Of a DNA stretch of 64,000 bases, positions 37,519-50,499 are shown in pieces. The notes beneath the pieces are model-generated. The model ran no database searches, was not told the DNA's origin, and saw nothing but the letters and a program-made list of their open reading frames with translations. Source of the stretch: Lama guanicoe (taxonomy: Eukaryota). Each line of letters begins with the position of its first letter. Position 1 is the first letter of the stretch. A program made the position numbers and the translations under genes. The stretch lies in contig MU053645.1 of assembly GCA_013239625.1 (NCBI GenBank), positions 1,852,274 to 1,916,273 of the forward strand. Direction: 5' to 3'.

Positions 37519-40500
37519 TTAATCATAATCATTTTTTGGGTCTACCCTGGGGTCATTTTTATCATCTGTTTTGCCTTGCAGTTTCTTAGCAAGTTCCTCA
37601 ACTTCATGGAATGCAGAAATAAGTGGCTCAAGACTGAAATCGTCATCAGTAAACAGCAATGCCTCTTTTTCAATGTTGTTACCAATATTCTCAAACATTG
37701 CTAGAACAACCTGAATATTGTCATTTGTCTCTTTCCTGTTAAAAAGGCCCATAAATTCTGACACTGCTTCAGCACTGAGCAGTTCTTTTGTCATGACAGG
37801 ATTTTCAGACAAATTCAGTAGTATTTTCAGAACATGAAACCTTGTTTTGGTATTGCCCATGGCTAATAAGAATAGAAACCCAGACATATACTTAGCAACC
37901 AGTGTGTGATAGTCAATAGTTGTAGTGAGGTGTCTAACCATCTTTATTCCAGATAACTGCTCAGGGGAATCCAAACTATACGCAAGGGTTTCTTCACATA
38001 CTTGACACACATATGTCTGAATCATGTTCAGATTTGGATAAGGTGGAGCCATGTGAATCATATTTTCCAAAAAACTTGTCCTAACACGGGAGGAGGGATA
38101 ATTGAGCAAGGTTTCAATAAGTGAGACAACACCTGAATCACGAATGAAATCGCGGGTAAATTGAGAAGCACTCCTCATACCCATTGCAATTTTAGATATT
38201 TCATGAATAAAAGGATCTCGAATTTTGTCCATTAACAGAAGGAGTTCTTCAAACTCTTCAGAACCAATTTTAAGCTCACATTGTATGCAGCTGCAGGACC
38301 AACTCTCAGGCTCTGCACTTTCTTTGGCCCTAAGATGCTCTCGAATTTCTGTGACTGACCGGTAGGATGGATCATACTGAAATGGGAACTCAGGGTCAGG
38401 CTGATCAGGCTGCAGCAAAGACTCCTGCTCTTCCCCTTCTGGGCTCGGTGCCATGTGCTTGGGCTTTCCTCCAAACATTTCAGAGAACAGAAATGCTGCT
38501 TCTTTTGGAAATCTAAAGGGGCTTGGGCATGGGAAGCCAACCCTACCCCATGGGCCAGGCTTGAACTGAACAGTAACCTCCTCCCAGCTCTGGGGCCTGC
38601 GTGAAGCATCAGGCTCCTGCTCAACCGAACACCTGGACCTGCAAATGGCCCTGTACACAGGGCTAGGATTTGATTCAAAATGGGCCTCATCTCCTGCCCA
38701 GAACCAGGACCCCACTATGGCCTCGTCCTCCTCAGCTGCTGTCCTGAACTCACAGTTGGTCCCATTACCAGTCTTGTTATTAGCCTCATTTTTAGCTCCA
38801 AACTGGGACCCAACAACTGCCCCTTCCTCATTTTTAGGCCTGGACTCAGAAGTAGCCACAGTTTTAGTGTCATCGATGGCCTTGTCTCCAGACCAGAACC
38901 AGGACTCAACAATCATCTCTTCATCTTCTCTTGGCTTAGACGCACATGTCTCAGCTTCTACACTGACTTCTTTTGCAGCCCAGAACCAGGATCCAAAAAT
39001 GGTTTCCTCTTCGGACTTCGATATGGTCTCTTCTATTGCCTGAGGTCCAACCTCTATAACATCTTCTTCAGCCCAAAACCAGGACCCAACAATGATTTCT
39101 TCCTCTCCAGGCCCATGCTTGGACTCAAAACTAGCCCCTGCCTCCAGTCTGGCCTCTTCTTCAGCCCAGAACCAGGACTCAATAGTGACTTCTTCCTCTT
39201 CAGCTTCTGGGCTGTATTTGCTGCAAATGCCAGTCTCCTTCCTAATGGCCTCTTCCCTGGTCCAGAACCAAGACCCAACAATAACTTCCTCTTCAGCTGC
39301 CAGCCTGTCTTCTTCTCTAGCTTTAGCTTCTGTTTCAAGCCTGTCCTCCTCCCTGGCCCAGAACCAAGAACCAATGTCTTCCTCTTCAGCATCTAGCCTG
39401 GATTCTTCTCTGTTTGGAGCCCCTATAATGGCTTTATCCCCTTTCCAGGACCAGGATGTGATCATGATCTCCTCCTTGCTAGGTGGCTTGGCTCCTTCAG
39501 TCCTATCATCTATACTGCCCTCTTCCACAGCCCAGAACCACGGCCCTACAATGGTCTCTGGCCTTGTGTATTTTCTGGACCAGAACCATGAATCAACAGT
39601 GTCCTGTTCCTCCTCTGGCCTAGACTTCCATCTGCATCCATTGGCAGAAAACACACAGGGATCTTCTGACCAGAAGCTAGAGTCATTATTGATCTCCTCA
39701 GCAGGTGTCATAAATTTGCATTGGGTATACTTCATACTGGCCTCTTCTGTGGTCCCAAACCAAGATGATATAATACCCTTTTCCTTGTCCTCCAGGCTAG
39801 ACTTGTTGCTGACTTCAGCCCCCACACAAGCTTCTACTCCAGCCCAGAACCATGACCCAATAATGGGCTCCTCCTCCTCAGTCCCTGGCATGGTGTCACA
39901 ACTGACTTCAGCCCCAGAATCCATCTGGGCCTGGTTTCCAGCCCAAAACCAGGACCCAAATATTGTCTCTTCTTCTGCTGCTGGCCTAGCCTCTTCTCCA
40001 AACTCAGCCTCTGTACTGATTTCTTCTCCAGCCCAGAACCAGGGACCAATCACCTCTTCTTCCTCAGACCCTGGCCTGGACCCACAGCTGGCCCCAATAC
40101 TAGCTTCCACACTGGCCTCATCGGTGACCCAAAACCAAGACCCAAAAATGGTCTCTTCCTCAGCCTCTGGATTGATTTCTTCATTAGCCCAGAAGCAGGA
40201 ACCAGCAATGACCTTTTCCTTATCATCTGTTGGCACAGATTTGGAAGTGTCCTCAGCCTCAGTTTCTACACTGGTCTTTCCTCCAGTTCCAAGCATAGAA
40301 TTGCCAATAGGCTCCTTCTCAGTCTTTGGTCTGAATTTACTTCTGGCCTCAGTCCCCATATTGGCTTCTTCATCAGTCCAGAACCAACTGCCAACAATGG
40401 ACTCATCCTCCACTTGAGAACAGGACTTGACACTGGCCCCACCCACTATGTTGGACTCTTCTGCAGCCCAGAACCAGGCCCCAGTGAGGAACTCTTCCTC

Positions 40501-41655
40501 TGACCTGGCTTCTCGCTTGGCCCTGGGTCTGGCCTTGATTTTGGCCTCTTCCTTTGCCATTGCTCTGGCCCTGACCTCTTTCTTGGACTTGGGCCTCAAT
40601 GAGTTATTAGTCTTCTCTCCAGGCCAGAACCAGGAATCTTTTTTGACTATATCTATAGACCCAGATATGAAATCAATGGAAGCTTCTCGCTTGGCCCTGT
40701 GCCTGGCCCTGACATTGGCCCCTTTCCTGGCTCTGGGTTTCGACCTGGATTTGGCCTCCTCCCCAGCCCAGAACCAGGACTTTACATTGTCCTCACATTC
40801 AGACTCAGAACTGGACTCAGAGACTTCTTTCTTGGACCTAAACCAGGACCTACTATTGGCCTCTTCCCTGGGCCTAGACCGGATACTGGACTTTTCTCTG
40901 GCCCAGTACCAGGATGTCTTAAGAGATTCATCCTCAGAACCAGAACTGGATACAATATAGAGCTCCCGACTGGTTTTGGGCCTAAACATGGCTTCTTCTT
41001 TGGCCATGTGCCTGGACCTAGTACTGGCCTTTACCCAGTCCCTAGGACGAAGCCTTGTACTGACCTCTTCTTCATTCCAGTACCAGGAACTCAAAGAGGA
41101 TCTATCCACCCATCTGAAATCACAATTTTGAGAGCTCTCTTTTCTGGATGTAGGTCTAGGATGGCACCAGGAGGCCATATTGGTCTCACCCTCTGACTCA
41201 AACAAAGGCTGAATTCCTGACTGGGACTTGACCTTGGTGCCAGGAAAGGACTCGGCATCCATATTGACCAGTTCCCTCTCCATAGACAAGGTCTTAGTGT
41301 TAGCAACTGAACCAGACTCTGTATTGACCAGTGGCCAGGCTATAGCATTGGTTTGGGATGTTCCTTCTGTCTTCAGAATTGCCTCAGCATCAAACTCAGT
41401 CCTGGCCCATAAATAGGTTTCATCCACAGACCTTGCCCCAGGTATTGCCTTAGCTTCAGTCTTAGGATGTGCCCCAGCCATAGACTTGGAGTCAGTTTTG
41501 GGCCTTGCCCCAGGCATTGCCTGGGCCTGGGTCCTAACTTTAGGTCTGACCACCATTGGGACTTCATTCTCTCTCTCAGCTCCACCCCCAACCTCTTCTC
41601 CAGGCTTCTTTTCACGCTTGGCCTGGGCGCTAGGCTCAACCTCAGCCCCAGTCAT
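37519..41655 (-). CDS. GPRASP1: G protein-coupled receptor-associated sorting protein 1 (GASP-1), 1378 aa, single coding exon
   Basis: Uninterrupted ORF starting MTGAEVEP (ATG 41655, A at -3). It has >20 acidic EEE-x-I-x-GSWFW 'GASP motif' repeats and a C-terminal armadillo-like domain ([42 protein letters not shown]). Length and repeat number distinguish it from GPRASP2. TAA at 37521-37519. Confidence 0.97.
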   Translation of the reverse strand: MTGAEVEPSAQAKREKKPGEEVGGGAERENEVPMVVRPKVRTQAQAMPGARPKTDSKSMAGAHPKTEAKAIPGARSVDETYLWARTEFDAEAILKTEGTSQTNAIAWPLVNTESGSVANTKTLSMERELVNMDAESFPGTKVKSQSGIQPLFESEGETNMASWCHPRPTSRKESSQNCDFRWVDRSSLSSWYWNEEEVSTRLRPRDWVKASTRSRHMAKEEAMFRPKTSRELYIVSSSGSEDESLKTSWYWAREKSSIRSRPREEANSRSWFRSKKEVSESSSESECEDNVKSWFWAGEEAKSRSKPRARKGANVRARHRAKREASIDFISGSIDIVKKDSWFWPGEKTNNSLRPKSKKEVRARAMAKEEAKIKARPRAKREARSEEEFLTGAWFWAAEESNIVGGASVKSCSQVEDESIVGSWFWTDEEANMGTEARSKFRPKTEKEPIGNSMLGTGGKTSVETEAEDTSKSVPTDDKEKVIAGSCFWANEEINPEAEEETIFGSWFWVTDEASVEASIGASCGSRPGSEEEEVIGPWFWAGEEISTEAEFGEEARPAAEEETIFGSWFWAGNQAQMDSGAEVSCDTMPGTEEEEPIIGSWFWAGVEACVGAEVSNKSSLEDKEKGIISSWFGTTEEASMKYTQCKFMTPAEEINNDSSFWSEDPCVFSANGCRWKSRPEEEQDTVDSWFWSRKYTRPETIVGPWFWAVEEGSIDDRTEGAKPPSKEEIMITSWSWKGDKAIIGAPNREESRLDAEEEDIGSWFWAREEDRLETEAKAREEDRLAAEEEVIVGSWFWTREEAIRKETGICSKYSPEAEEEEVTIESWFWAEEEARLEAGASFESKHGPGEEEIIVGSWFWAEEDVIEVGPQAIEETISKSEEETIFGSWFWAAKEVSVEAETCASKPREDEEMIVESWFWSGDKAIDDTKTVATSESRPKNEEGAVVGSQFGAKNEANNKTGNGTNCEFRTAAEEDEAIVGSWFWAGDEAHFESNPSPVYRAICRSRCSVEQEPDASRRPQSWEEVTVQFKPGPWGRVGFPCPSPFRFPKEAAFLFSEMFGGKPKHMAPSPEGEEQESLLQPDQPDPEFPFQYDPSYRSVTEIREHLRAKESAEPESWSCSCIQCELKIGSEEFEELLLLMDKIRDPFIHEISKIAMGMRSASQFTRDFIRDSGVVSLIETLLNYPSSRVRTSFLENMIHMAPPYPNLNMIQTYVCQVCEETLAYSLDSPEQLSGIKMVRHLTTTIDYHTLVAKYMSGFLFLLAMGNTKTRFHVLKILLNLSENPVMTKELLSAEAVSEFMGLFNRKETNDNIQVVLAMFENIGNNIEKEALLFTDDDFSLEPLISAFHEVEELAKKLQGKTDDKNDPRVDPKNDYD

Positions 41656-44040
41656 AGTACAAGTTACAAGGGAGGCCCCGTTAAACACTCCTATCCCAGT
41701 CTCAGTCTCTACCACAGATCTGTCACAGTACTGGATCTTCACACTCTAATCTTTCGATGATTCAGGTGATACAGTTGGAAACAAAAGTTAGTCAATCACC
41801 AGTCCAACAGGCAGTCAGCCTCCTTCCCAAGCCCAGCCTCAGCCAATATTGCAGACAGAGAGAAGAGGAAGCACAAGCAAGCTGGGGGAGGATGGATGGC
41901 TCCCGGGTGGGTGCAGACCTGTTGAGGGTGGTGGTCAGCCCCAAATCCCACACCACCAGAGCTGCCACTGGAGATCAATCTAGGAAGAGAGAATGACATG
42001 GGGCTTTGAGTCTCTTCCAATTGTGTCGCTCCACGCAAACACACACAGAGACTGGACCTTTAATGCTTAGTGGGACAGTTAGGTTATCAGAAGGTTTCTC
42101 TGCCACCCTCATTTTGCCCACATCCTTTACTCCCAGAGCTGCCACACTGCTTTGCCAGCTACAAAAGAGGTGTGAAAATGGTGGGAAAGTGTTTTGGTAA
42201 TGGGAGAGGCTGAGGAGCACCCAGACCAGACCCTAATCACTCCTGGACCTGTGTTGGTCTCCTCTAGACCACCCAAAGTGGTACCCACTCTCATACCAAC
42301 CTGTGCTGATGTGTCACAAGTTTTCCCTCCTTTCCTTGATTTCAGCAGTGTCTACAGCAGCCTGGAGGCTGTCCTGGGAACAAGTAAACACATAGGAGAG
42401 AATGGAACCTGACTGATAGATAGACAAACAGGAACTCTGACCACTGAGGCAAACATCTCTATTTCTGTTTAAGGCTCTAATTTGTCTAATGTTTCCTGTC
42501 TCCTGCCCTCTGCTCTCATGTCTCCCCCTCCCATTCACAGCCTAATCCACACCTACCCAGATATTCCTAATGTCTCCTGCCGGATATGAACAAGGGGTTC
42601 TGCTGCAATATGCCAATTTGGCAGAGAGCAAGAGAGGTGAAGGAGGCCTGCAATCACTTAAATCAAAGACACCTGCCATGATCTTACTCTGTAGCTGTCC
42701 CCTGCATTGTCCCTCTTCCCACAAACCTCCAGATTTGAATCAGTCTTCCTCTTTTCCTTCCTTGGAAAAGGGACCAACCTTAAAGCAGGCCTATGGAAAA
42801 ACAGACAAAAGGTAAGACAGTCAGGAAACAACCGTAGCAATTGAGCGCTTGGTGAACAGACCAACACCAGAGGTGTGTCCCAGTAATCTGTCTTTTAACA
42901 TTTAGAGTCCTGTTGGTAGAATACTCTTTTAATTGAGGCTCTCTGGATCTGGTTTCTGCGTAACTCCTCATTTTCACATCACTCTCTTCCTCTTGCTCCC
43001 TTCTCCAACTGTAAGGATTCATCACTTGGTGTTCACCTCCCTGGCCCTGCAAAACTTAAATTGAGGGAAGGGCGCCCGCATATTCTAGAAAACAGGTTGT
43101 GCAGTGGTACTTGCATTTAAGACTTAACCCTGACCCTCACCTCCCAGCCCATCTCTTCCACCCTCAATTTTGTGGAGATGAGGAAGGAAGGCAAGAGAAG
43201 TGTGTAGAAACCTGTTAGAGAAGGCAATTCTAGAAGGTATTCCCGGATGCCTTCTTGCTCTGGTCGCAGTCACCCCACCCCATTCGGGTCTCCAGTCAAT
43301 GGCTGCTGCCCACCCCCACCTCCCAACCCCACACACCTTCAGAAATACAGGCTCGTTTCCTGCTCTTCGTTTTTCTCAAGCCTCTCCACTACAGATGCAC
43401 CCCTTGGCCTGAAATCGCCAGACCTACCGCGCAGACAGGAGACTTTGGCATCAAAGAGGCGCCTGTGGGAAGGGACAGCACCCAGGACGCGGGACCCACA
43501 GGTCCCTTCCCAGAATCCGGGCCCCCGCACCCGCCCGCTCGGCCCCCAGCTCCGACCGCCACCCCAGCCCCGGCCCCGGCGGCCTCCCCGGGCGCCCCCA
43601 CCCCAGCTCCCCTCCGCCATGTCTCCCGCAGCAGCACCCCCACAGCCCTCTCCCGGCACAGACACCGTCGAGGGCGGGGCGCGGGCGCCCGGAAAGCTGA
43701 CCCGGGAGCCGCCGCGCCGTTCGCCTGCCAGGATCCCAGCCAGCGTCTGCGGCCAGACCCCGCGCCCCGGGTCCCGTCCGCGCCGGTCGCCGCCGCCTCA
43801 GCGCCAGGGGGCCCCCGGAGCTGCGCACCTCCCTCGGGGACCGGCTCCAGCCGCGTCGCCTCCCGCTCGCCAGGCTGCCGGGGTCCGCGGGGCAGGCTGT
43901 GAGCTGCTCGTCGCCCCCCACGACACCCCCACTTGCCTGCACAGGCTCAGGGCCCGGGTGGTCGGCCTGGCCCTCCGGTCGGAGCTCCTCACTCGGATTC
44001 CCACCGCTCTCCGTGCGCTCAGAATGGCAAAGAGGCGGCC
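41656..44040 (-). other. GPRASP1: GPRASP1 5'UTR region with several candidate non-coding exons
   Basis: Minus-strand splice signals give candidate exons ~44030-43937 (CAG|GCAAGT), 43211-43141 (CTAACAG| .. |GTGAGG) and 42373-42301. Further acceptors before 42790, 42158 and 41979; donor after 42557. Exact isoforms cannot be fixed from sequence. Confidence 0.5.
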
Positions 44041-44880
44041 CGCCCCCCGCGCCGCTGCGCCAAACCGGGCAGGGGCTGCGCAGGATGCGGCACCAACCGC
44101 TCGCGGCGAGGGTGTCGGGAAGGGGGGCGGAGGGATACGGCACGAATGGGCTCGACGCCCCCTCCCAGGCCCACCGTAGTTCCGACCCAGAGGGGGCGGG
44201 GCCGGGAGGAACCCCAGCCTGAGGGGCGGGGCCACGCCAGCCCGCCTCGCCCGCCCCCCGCGGCCCCCGCGCGCCGCGACCACCCCCACACTTCTGGCCC
44301 CACAGTGTGTGGGGCCGGCGAGCGGTCGGCGGTGGGGGCCGGGGTCGGGAGGTCCGGAGGGGCCGCGCTGAGGGGAGCAGCGGATGGATACAGACCGCCC
44401 CTCGGTGTGTGTGAACCCCGAGACTGCTCGGTGTCCGCCCCCCCTCCCCTCCCCTCCGCTCCGCTCCGCTCCCCTGCCCCCCCGCCCGCCATCCTTCCGG
44501 GATGCAGATGGGAGAGGGGCTGTGAGCGCGACCCTCCCCGGTTCTGCTTTCCACGTTCAGGGGCCGCGGTCGGGAGGAAGGTGGGAGGGGGCGCCCACGA
44601 AGCCCGAGCCACTGCCCCTCTTCTAAGGGAAGGCAGCCCTAGACCTCTGGTCTGAGGAGACAAACCACTTGTTTGCGCCAGCGTCGTCATTTTTTCTGCC
44701 ACACTGCTGTTTTCTCGTTCGCGGTGGTAACACGCTTTGCCATCGCGCGGTCCCCGCAGCTGCCCAGGAAAGAGGGCCCTTCCCTGTCGGGACCCGCACC
44801 GGGTCGTACAGTCCCCCCGCCTCTCACCCCACAGCCCAGTGTCAGGCACCAGGTAGGGCCTGTCCTGGCGCCTCTTCCTG
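43430..44880. promoter_or_regulatory. CpG island / GPRASP1 promoter
   Basis: Very GC- and CpG-rich ~1.4 kb block 1.8-3.2 kb upstream of the ATG; GC boxes GGGGCGGGGC at ~44193 and ~44223. Confidence 0.9.
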
Positions 44881-45239
44881 GGTTCTGTCTGTCAAGTCTT
44901 CTCCTGCAGTCACTTCCACCCTCCCATCATCTTTGGCAGTGAGGGAATGTGGCAGGGGTTCGAATCCATTTGGATCTCAGCCACTTGCATGCACACCTGT
45001 CTGGTTTCCCCAACCGTTCTTTGGAGAAGGTTCCGTCATGCACCCACTGCCCCAGGACAGAAACCTGCTGGTTCTTCAATCCCCTGGCTCCTGTACCCCT
45101 ACACCCTTCCTGTAGTCTTGAGCCCCTCTTCTCTGTGCTCCACGGGGCAAACAGCAACCCTAGTTAAGCACAACTGTGGTTGAGCACAAACCTGCTGGCA
45201 CTGTTGTCCATTTTAAAACCCAATTCAATGGCACCCTCA

Positions 45240-45757
45240 CTTGGCAGGCTGCGTAAAGGTCTCCAAAGATGTCCACGTCCTATTCTCCAGTACCTGTAAG
45301 TATGTGATGTTATATGGCGAAGGAGAATTAAGGTTGCAGATGGAATTAAGATTGCTAATGAGCTGAATGTAAAATGAAGATTACACTGGATTATCCTGAC
45401 CAATGCAATGGCAAGGGAACTTTTAAACGTGGAAGAGGCAGGCAGAAGTGTCAGTGTCACAGTGAAGTAGCATGAGAAAGACTCGACAGGTGGACAGGCC
45501 ATTGCTGGTTTTATCTTGAAGATGGAAGGAAAGCCAGCGGCCAAGGATTGCAGGCTGACCCCAGAAGCTGAAAAAGGCAAGGAGACAGATTTTTTCCTAG
45601 AACCCCTTGGAGGAATGAAGCCTTTGTATCACCATTTCAGACCAGTGAGTCCCTTTTCCTATTTTCAACCTTCAGCGTTGTAAGATATTTTATTGTTCCT
45701 TTTTTAAGTCAGCAAGATTGTGGTAATTTGTTACAGCAGCAGTGTGAACCGAATTCA
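45240..45757 (+). mobile_element. MaLR solo LTR (MLT1D-like)
   Basis: CCAAAGATGTCCACGTCCTA..GGAATTAAG..GGATTATCC..AGAAGCTGAAAAAGGCAAGGA..GGTAATTTGTTACAGCAGCA. Confidence 0.8.
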
Positions 45758-46334
45758 CTCCCCATCCTGATAAAGTCCATTCCCCCCTTGACTTTGTTTA
45801 ATTGGACTTCAACCCCTAGGAGGACCATTTTAGAGGCTCACCTCTTGACTGCTGTAACCACTATCTCCAGCAGTCCCCTTCTCCAGGTTTTCTAAAGAAC
45901 AGAGATTTTTGCAGTGGTCTTTGAGGCTTATCTTGGATGAAGTCCCTATTTGTTGAAAAACATTGATGTTTTCCAGGATGCAACGGGAACCTTATATTTA
46001 CCATAAATTTTCATATATTTCCATATGTTTGTTATTAGATACTAACTATAACTGTACAATATTTAAGTGATAGGAATGAAAAAACATCTGTAGATGATTC
46101 TATACGAATCTAGAAACAACAGTGTCAATTTTTGGAGGAAGGCCTCTTTTGCTGTGCTGCTTAAATGGCCTTCGTTGAATTGTGGATTATGTTTTCTTTG
46201 TTTCACAGTATAGTCTCTGGGTGAATGCCAGGCTTGTAGAAGGAAGGCTGTGCTCTGCTGGGATCTGTGGGTGTGTGTGAATCTCTTTGCCTTCCCTGAA
46301 CTGCTCTTTCTCTTTCTTAAAGGTATTTGTGTCT

Positions 46335-46445
46335 TTCATTCATGCAAGAAGTACATACTGAGTACCTACTTTGTCCTAAGCACTGGAGATGCAGTAGAAA
46401 CAAAACAGAAAGAAATCCCTGTTCTTGTGAGCTTACATTTACTTG
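46335..46445 (-). mobile_element. L2 3' fragment
   Basis: TTCATTCAT..TACTGAGTACCTACTTTGTCCTAAGCACTG..GAGCTTACATT is typical antisense L2 tail. Confidence 0.65.
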
Positions 46446-46716
46446 TAGTTCCTATTTTATTTAGGTTCCTATCCTAAAAGTTTATGGTCATACCAGTGCA
46501 AGCTTCTTGGGTAATTTTCCAGATGCTGGGATATGTATTCCAAGATATTTACTCAAAGGGGAGTGGATCCACCAAAAGCTGACTGATTTTATTGTGAGGT
46601 TTTGAAATATTGTTTGGACAATTTGTTCTGAATTCATTTACAGAACAGACACTATTGCTGTATAACACTGATTGAACTGAGAAAATTCCTATTTTAAGCT
46701 CTTTATGTTTTAGCTC

Positions 46717-46718
<2 letters not shown>

Positions 46719-46746
<28 letters not shown>
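46719..46746. repeat. (TG)n microsatellite
   Basis: Directly visible. Confidence 0.95.
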
Positions 46747-46752
<6 letters not shown>

Positions 46753-47077
46753 CACAGATATCAGATAGATTGTGTCATCTTTAAAATCAGAGAGCAAGTA
46801 AGAGATTGAAACAGGATGCTGACCTAGTCTGTCTGAGTGTTAAGTAATATTATATTTATTTCCTCAGAAAATGGATTCTGGTCTGATTGCAATAGCTATA
46901 GTTCCACCCTCCAGTGTCTCCACTAGAGTCTGTGTAATACTGACTAGCCTCTGATATCTAAATTTCTGTAGTGTAAGTGCCTGGCATTAAGCCTTTTGAT
47001 TGTCAGGACATCCATTTCAAAAGACATTCATCCAAAAAAAAAAAAAGACATCCAACTTGAATAAACATATTATGGGT

Positions 47078-47836
47078 TGTAAGACATAGCTACAAGCAAA
47101 AGGGCCTCACAAGGAATTAGGCCACTCCCACTGATGAGGTTCCTTCCCTCTTTCAGAAAGCCCTGTTAACCTAGATAAATGAGTCTTTCAGTGACCTTGC
47201 TTTTTTCCTTCCTATGCCTACTTTCTGCTCCTGTGCTTTAAATTAGCCAGTAAAGACAACCCAAGAAACCCTTGGCTCCCTACCCTGGGACCCTCATAAA
47301 AGCAGAGCCCAAGCTTCGTATTTCTCTTCTCTCTCCCTCTCTCATTCTCAGTCCCTCTCTCCCCTTCCTTCCCTCCATCACTCCTCATGATATTCCTAAC
47401 TGAGAGAGCTACCATCTATAGGCTCTGGACCTATAGAACAATTTCAGAAGCAAATAATTCCCAGAGTGTTAAGCCTGGGATACAGAAGCAGCTGTGCTGC
47501 TTCACCATACCCACCCCACCGCCATTATACATGCACAGGAACTTTCACACTAGCATATCCCTTGCCTGTGAAGCTTGAGTGATCCGCTCTTGTCATGGAC
47601 TAGATTTGCCTATTTACGTTCACTTGCCTCTCTTCTGTCCTTCATGTGCCTCACACAAACTTTCCTTCTGGGATTTCCCCTTTGTTCAAGGTTGATCCAA
47701 ACCCTATGCATTCTTAGAACATATCCATTCTCCTATTCCTGGGTTTCAGGAGTTTTACACAGGAACTCAAGTCTCACATATGGGACCAACCAGGCTAGGG
47801 TGAGTTCTTGTGAACTAAGGTGAAACTGGCTCAACA
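47078..47836 (+). mobile_element. Possible ancient LTR
   Basis: TGTAAG..AACA termini with an internal CATAAAAGC TATA-like motif followed by a CT-rich tract; no convincing TSD. Confidence 0.3.
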
Positions 47837-48799
47837 GATGTCTTCTTTCAGTAGAAGCTGAAGAACCTCTAGGAAAGACCTCAACTTGTGTCTACTGCTT
47901 GAGACAAGGCACATTTAAAGAACTTGTGGAGAGGCCTGATCCAAGGATATTTTCAGGTTACATTTGGGGTGGGTTCTTCTTTAAGATAATTTATTTTGAG
48001 GGAAAACAGAGCCAGGAACAATGACCTCAGCCCAGGAATGATTCCTTTTCATTAGGATGGTTTAGTTATTCTAATGGCTGCATTGAGATTAGAACTCCTA
48101 TTTTTGCCTGTTTTAACATATGCCCTCAACTGTATGTCTGTCACAACAAAGGCAGGTTCATAGGTTATCCCAAAAAGAACTGTTCACAGACAAACTCTGT
48201 AATACTCTAGTGGGCAGATCCCATTCATAAAGTGTAACCTAAAGAGAGGAAACTGTTCTCCTCTCCAACATGCCTTTAAGGTTTAGTAGTACTCAACTCT
48301 GCAATCATGAGGACTGTGGGTATGGGCAGTGGTTGGAAAAATTAGAGAGAGCAATTGGAGAGACTTAAGTGTTTGATGAGTAAAGGTTAGTTTGGCAACA
48401 ACACATGGAAAAATCATGTAAAAACCATAAAAATTCAGGACATGAGAAATACCCCTTAAGGATTTCTAGAACTAAAGGGACTGGTAAGGTGAGGTTATGG
48501 TTATTAGCTTTGAAGTGAGAAGAAACCCTGAATTTCCACAATGTCAGAAAATACTAACAGTTAATTGAATGTCAAATTAACTTTTCAAAATAGAAAAAAA
48601 ATGAAAAGTGCATAGTATGTTTTGTTATGTTTCTCATTACCTACTGCCTCACTATGATGGGGCAACACTGTGGTCTGTGTCTAGCCACCAAAATGGGAAA
48701 AAGAGTAGAGATGGTCCACCTGCTTCTTAAAATCCTTGGTAAAGAAATGCCCACATTATTTGCACTTTACATTCCACTGCCTGGAATTCAATCACTATT

Positions 48800-49990
48800 T
48801 GTTGAAAATCTTGTCCATTCACAAACTGTGCTGGGACAACTAGATATCCATATGCAAAAGAGTAAAGCTGTCTCGGCAAAGTAGGAACAGAGTGAAGCTT
48901 CCTTGACTTGATAAAGAACATTTACAAAAACCCTACAGCTAACATCATACATAATGGTTAGAAACTAGCTTTATCATTAAGATCAGGAAAAAGTCAAGGA
49001 TGTCTCCTCTTACCACTCCTTTTCAAAATTGTACTGGAATTCCTAGCTAATGCATAAAGACCAGAAAAGTATATAAAAGGGATGCAGATTCGGAAGAAGA
49101 AATAAAACTGTCTTTGTTTGCAGATGACATGATTGTCTATGTAGAAAATCTGAAAGAATATACAAAAAACTCCTGGAACTAATATGCAACTCTAGTAAGA
49201 TTACAGGATAAGGTTAACATAAAAAAGTCAATTGCTTTTCTGTATACCAGCAATGAATACATGAAGTTTGAAATTAATAACACAGTACCTTTTATATTAT
49301 CACCCCCCAAAATGAAGTACATAGGTATAAATGTAACAAATATGCACAAGATGTATATGAGGAAAACTATAAAACTCTGATGAATGAAATCATAGAAGAA
49401 CTAAATAAATGAAGACTTATTCCATGTTCATGGATAGAAAGACTCAGTATTGTCAAGATGTCAGTTCTTCCCACTAGGTCTTCTCAGTCAAAAGCCTAGC
49501 AAGTTATCTTATGGATACTGATAAACTGATACCAAAGTTCACATGAAGAGGCAAAAGGACCAGAATAGTCAACTCAATATTGAAGGAGAAGAACTGAGTC
49601 AGAGAACTGATATTACCTGACTTCAAGACTTACTATAAAGTTACAGTAATCAAGACAGTGTGATACTGGTGAAAGAATAGACAGATCAATGGAACATCAT
49701 TGGAACAGAATAGAGAGTCCAGAAATATACCAACATAAACACAGTCAATTGATCTTTGATGAAGAGGCAAAGGCAATACAATGGAGCAAAGATAGTCTCT
49801 TCAACAAAAGGTGCTGGAACAACTGGACATCCACCTGCAAAAAGCTGAATCAAGACATAGACCTTACATCCTTCACAAAAATTAACTTAAAATTGATGAT
49901 AGACCTAAATATGAAATGTAAACCTATAAAACTCCTAGAAGATAACATAAGAGAAAACCTTGATGACATTCAGCGTGATGAGGACTTTTT
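48800..49990 (+). mobile_element. Old LINE-1 ORF2 fragment
   Basis: TTTGCAGATGACATGATT (FADDM); ORF 49689-50096 WNRIESPEI..LIFDE..KDSLFNKRCWNNW. Confidence 0.88.
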
Positions 49991-50498
49991 AAAACAGATT
50001 TATTTCTCAATACTTCTCAATATAATTGATATATTAAAATTGAATATATTTAATGTAGATAATTTGGCTAGTGTGGACATATGCATACACTTGTGAATCC
50101 ATCATCATAATCAAAGTAATATACTTATCTATCACCTCTAATTTTCTTTGTGCCCATTTGTTGTTGCTGTCATTGTAAGAATAGATAACACAAGATCTAC
50201 CCTCTTAACAAAATGTAAGTGCACAATACAGTATGGTTAACTATAGGCACTATGTTGTAGAGCAGATCTCTAGAGCTTATTCATCTTGCATAACTGAAAC
50301 TTTATACTCGTTCAACAAGTCCCCATTTCTCCCTCCCCCCAACCCCTGGTAACCTCCATTCTATTTTCTTCACTACGAGTTTGACTATTTTAAATACCAC
50401 ATATATGTGGAATCATGTAGTATTTATCTTTCTATGACTGCCTTAGCTCAGTTAGTATAATGTCCTACAGCTTCATCCATGTTGTCACAATGGCAGGA
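49991..50498 (-). mobile_element. LINE-1 3'UTR fragment (L1MA-like)
   Basis: Antisense 3'UTR: GCACTATGTTGTAGAGCAGATCTCTAGA..TTCATCCATGTTGTCACAATGGCAGGAT. Confidence 0.8.
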
Positions 50499-50499
50499 T

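Noticed and set aside
39092..40417. 441-aa Ser-rich ORF (and neighbours 38645-41416) antisense to GPRASP1
   Set aside because: Shadow of the repetitive Glu/Trp-rich sense frame; AQNQDP is simply the reverse complement of GSWFWA codons.
41656..41742. 29-codon N-terminal extension of GPRASP1 from a GTG in the ORF track
   Set aside because: Known orthologues start at MTGAE, the ATG has A at -3, and an in-frame TAG lies two codons above the GTG; no evidence for non-AUG initiation.
43247..45183. Many overlapping 100-370 aa Pro/Arg/Gly-rich ORFs
   Set aside because: Expected from stop-codon scarcity in a CpG island; no domain similarity.
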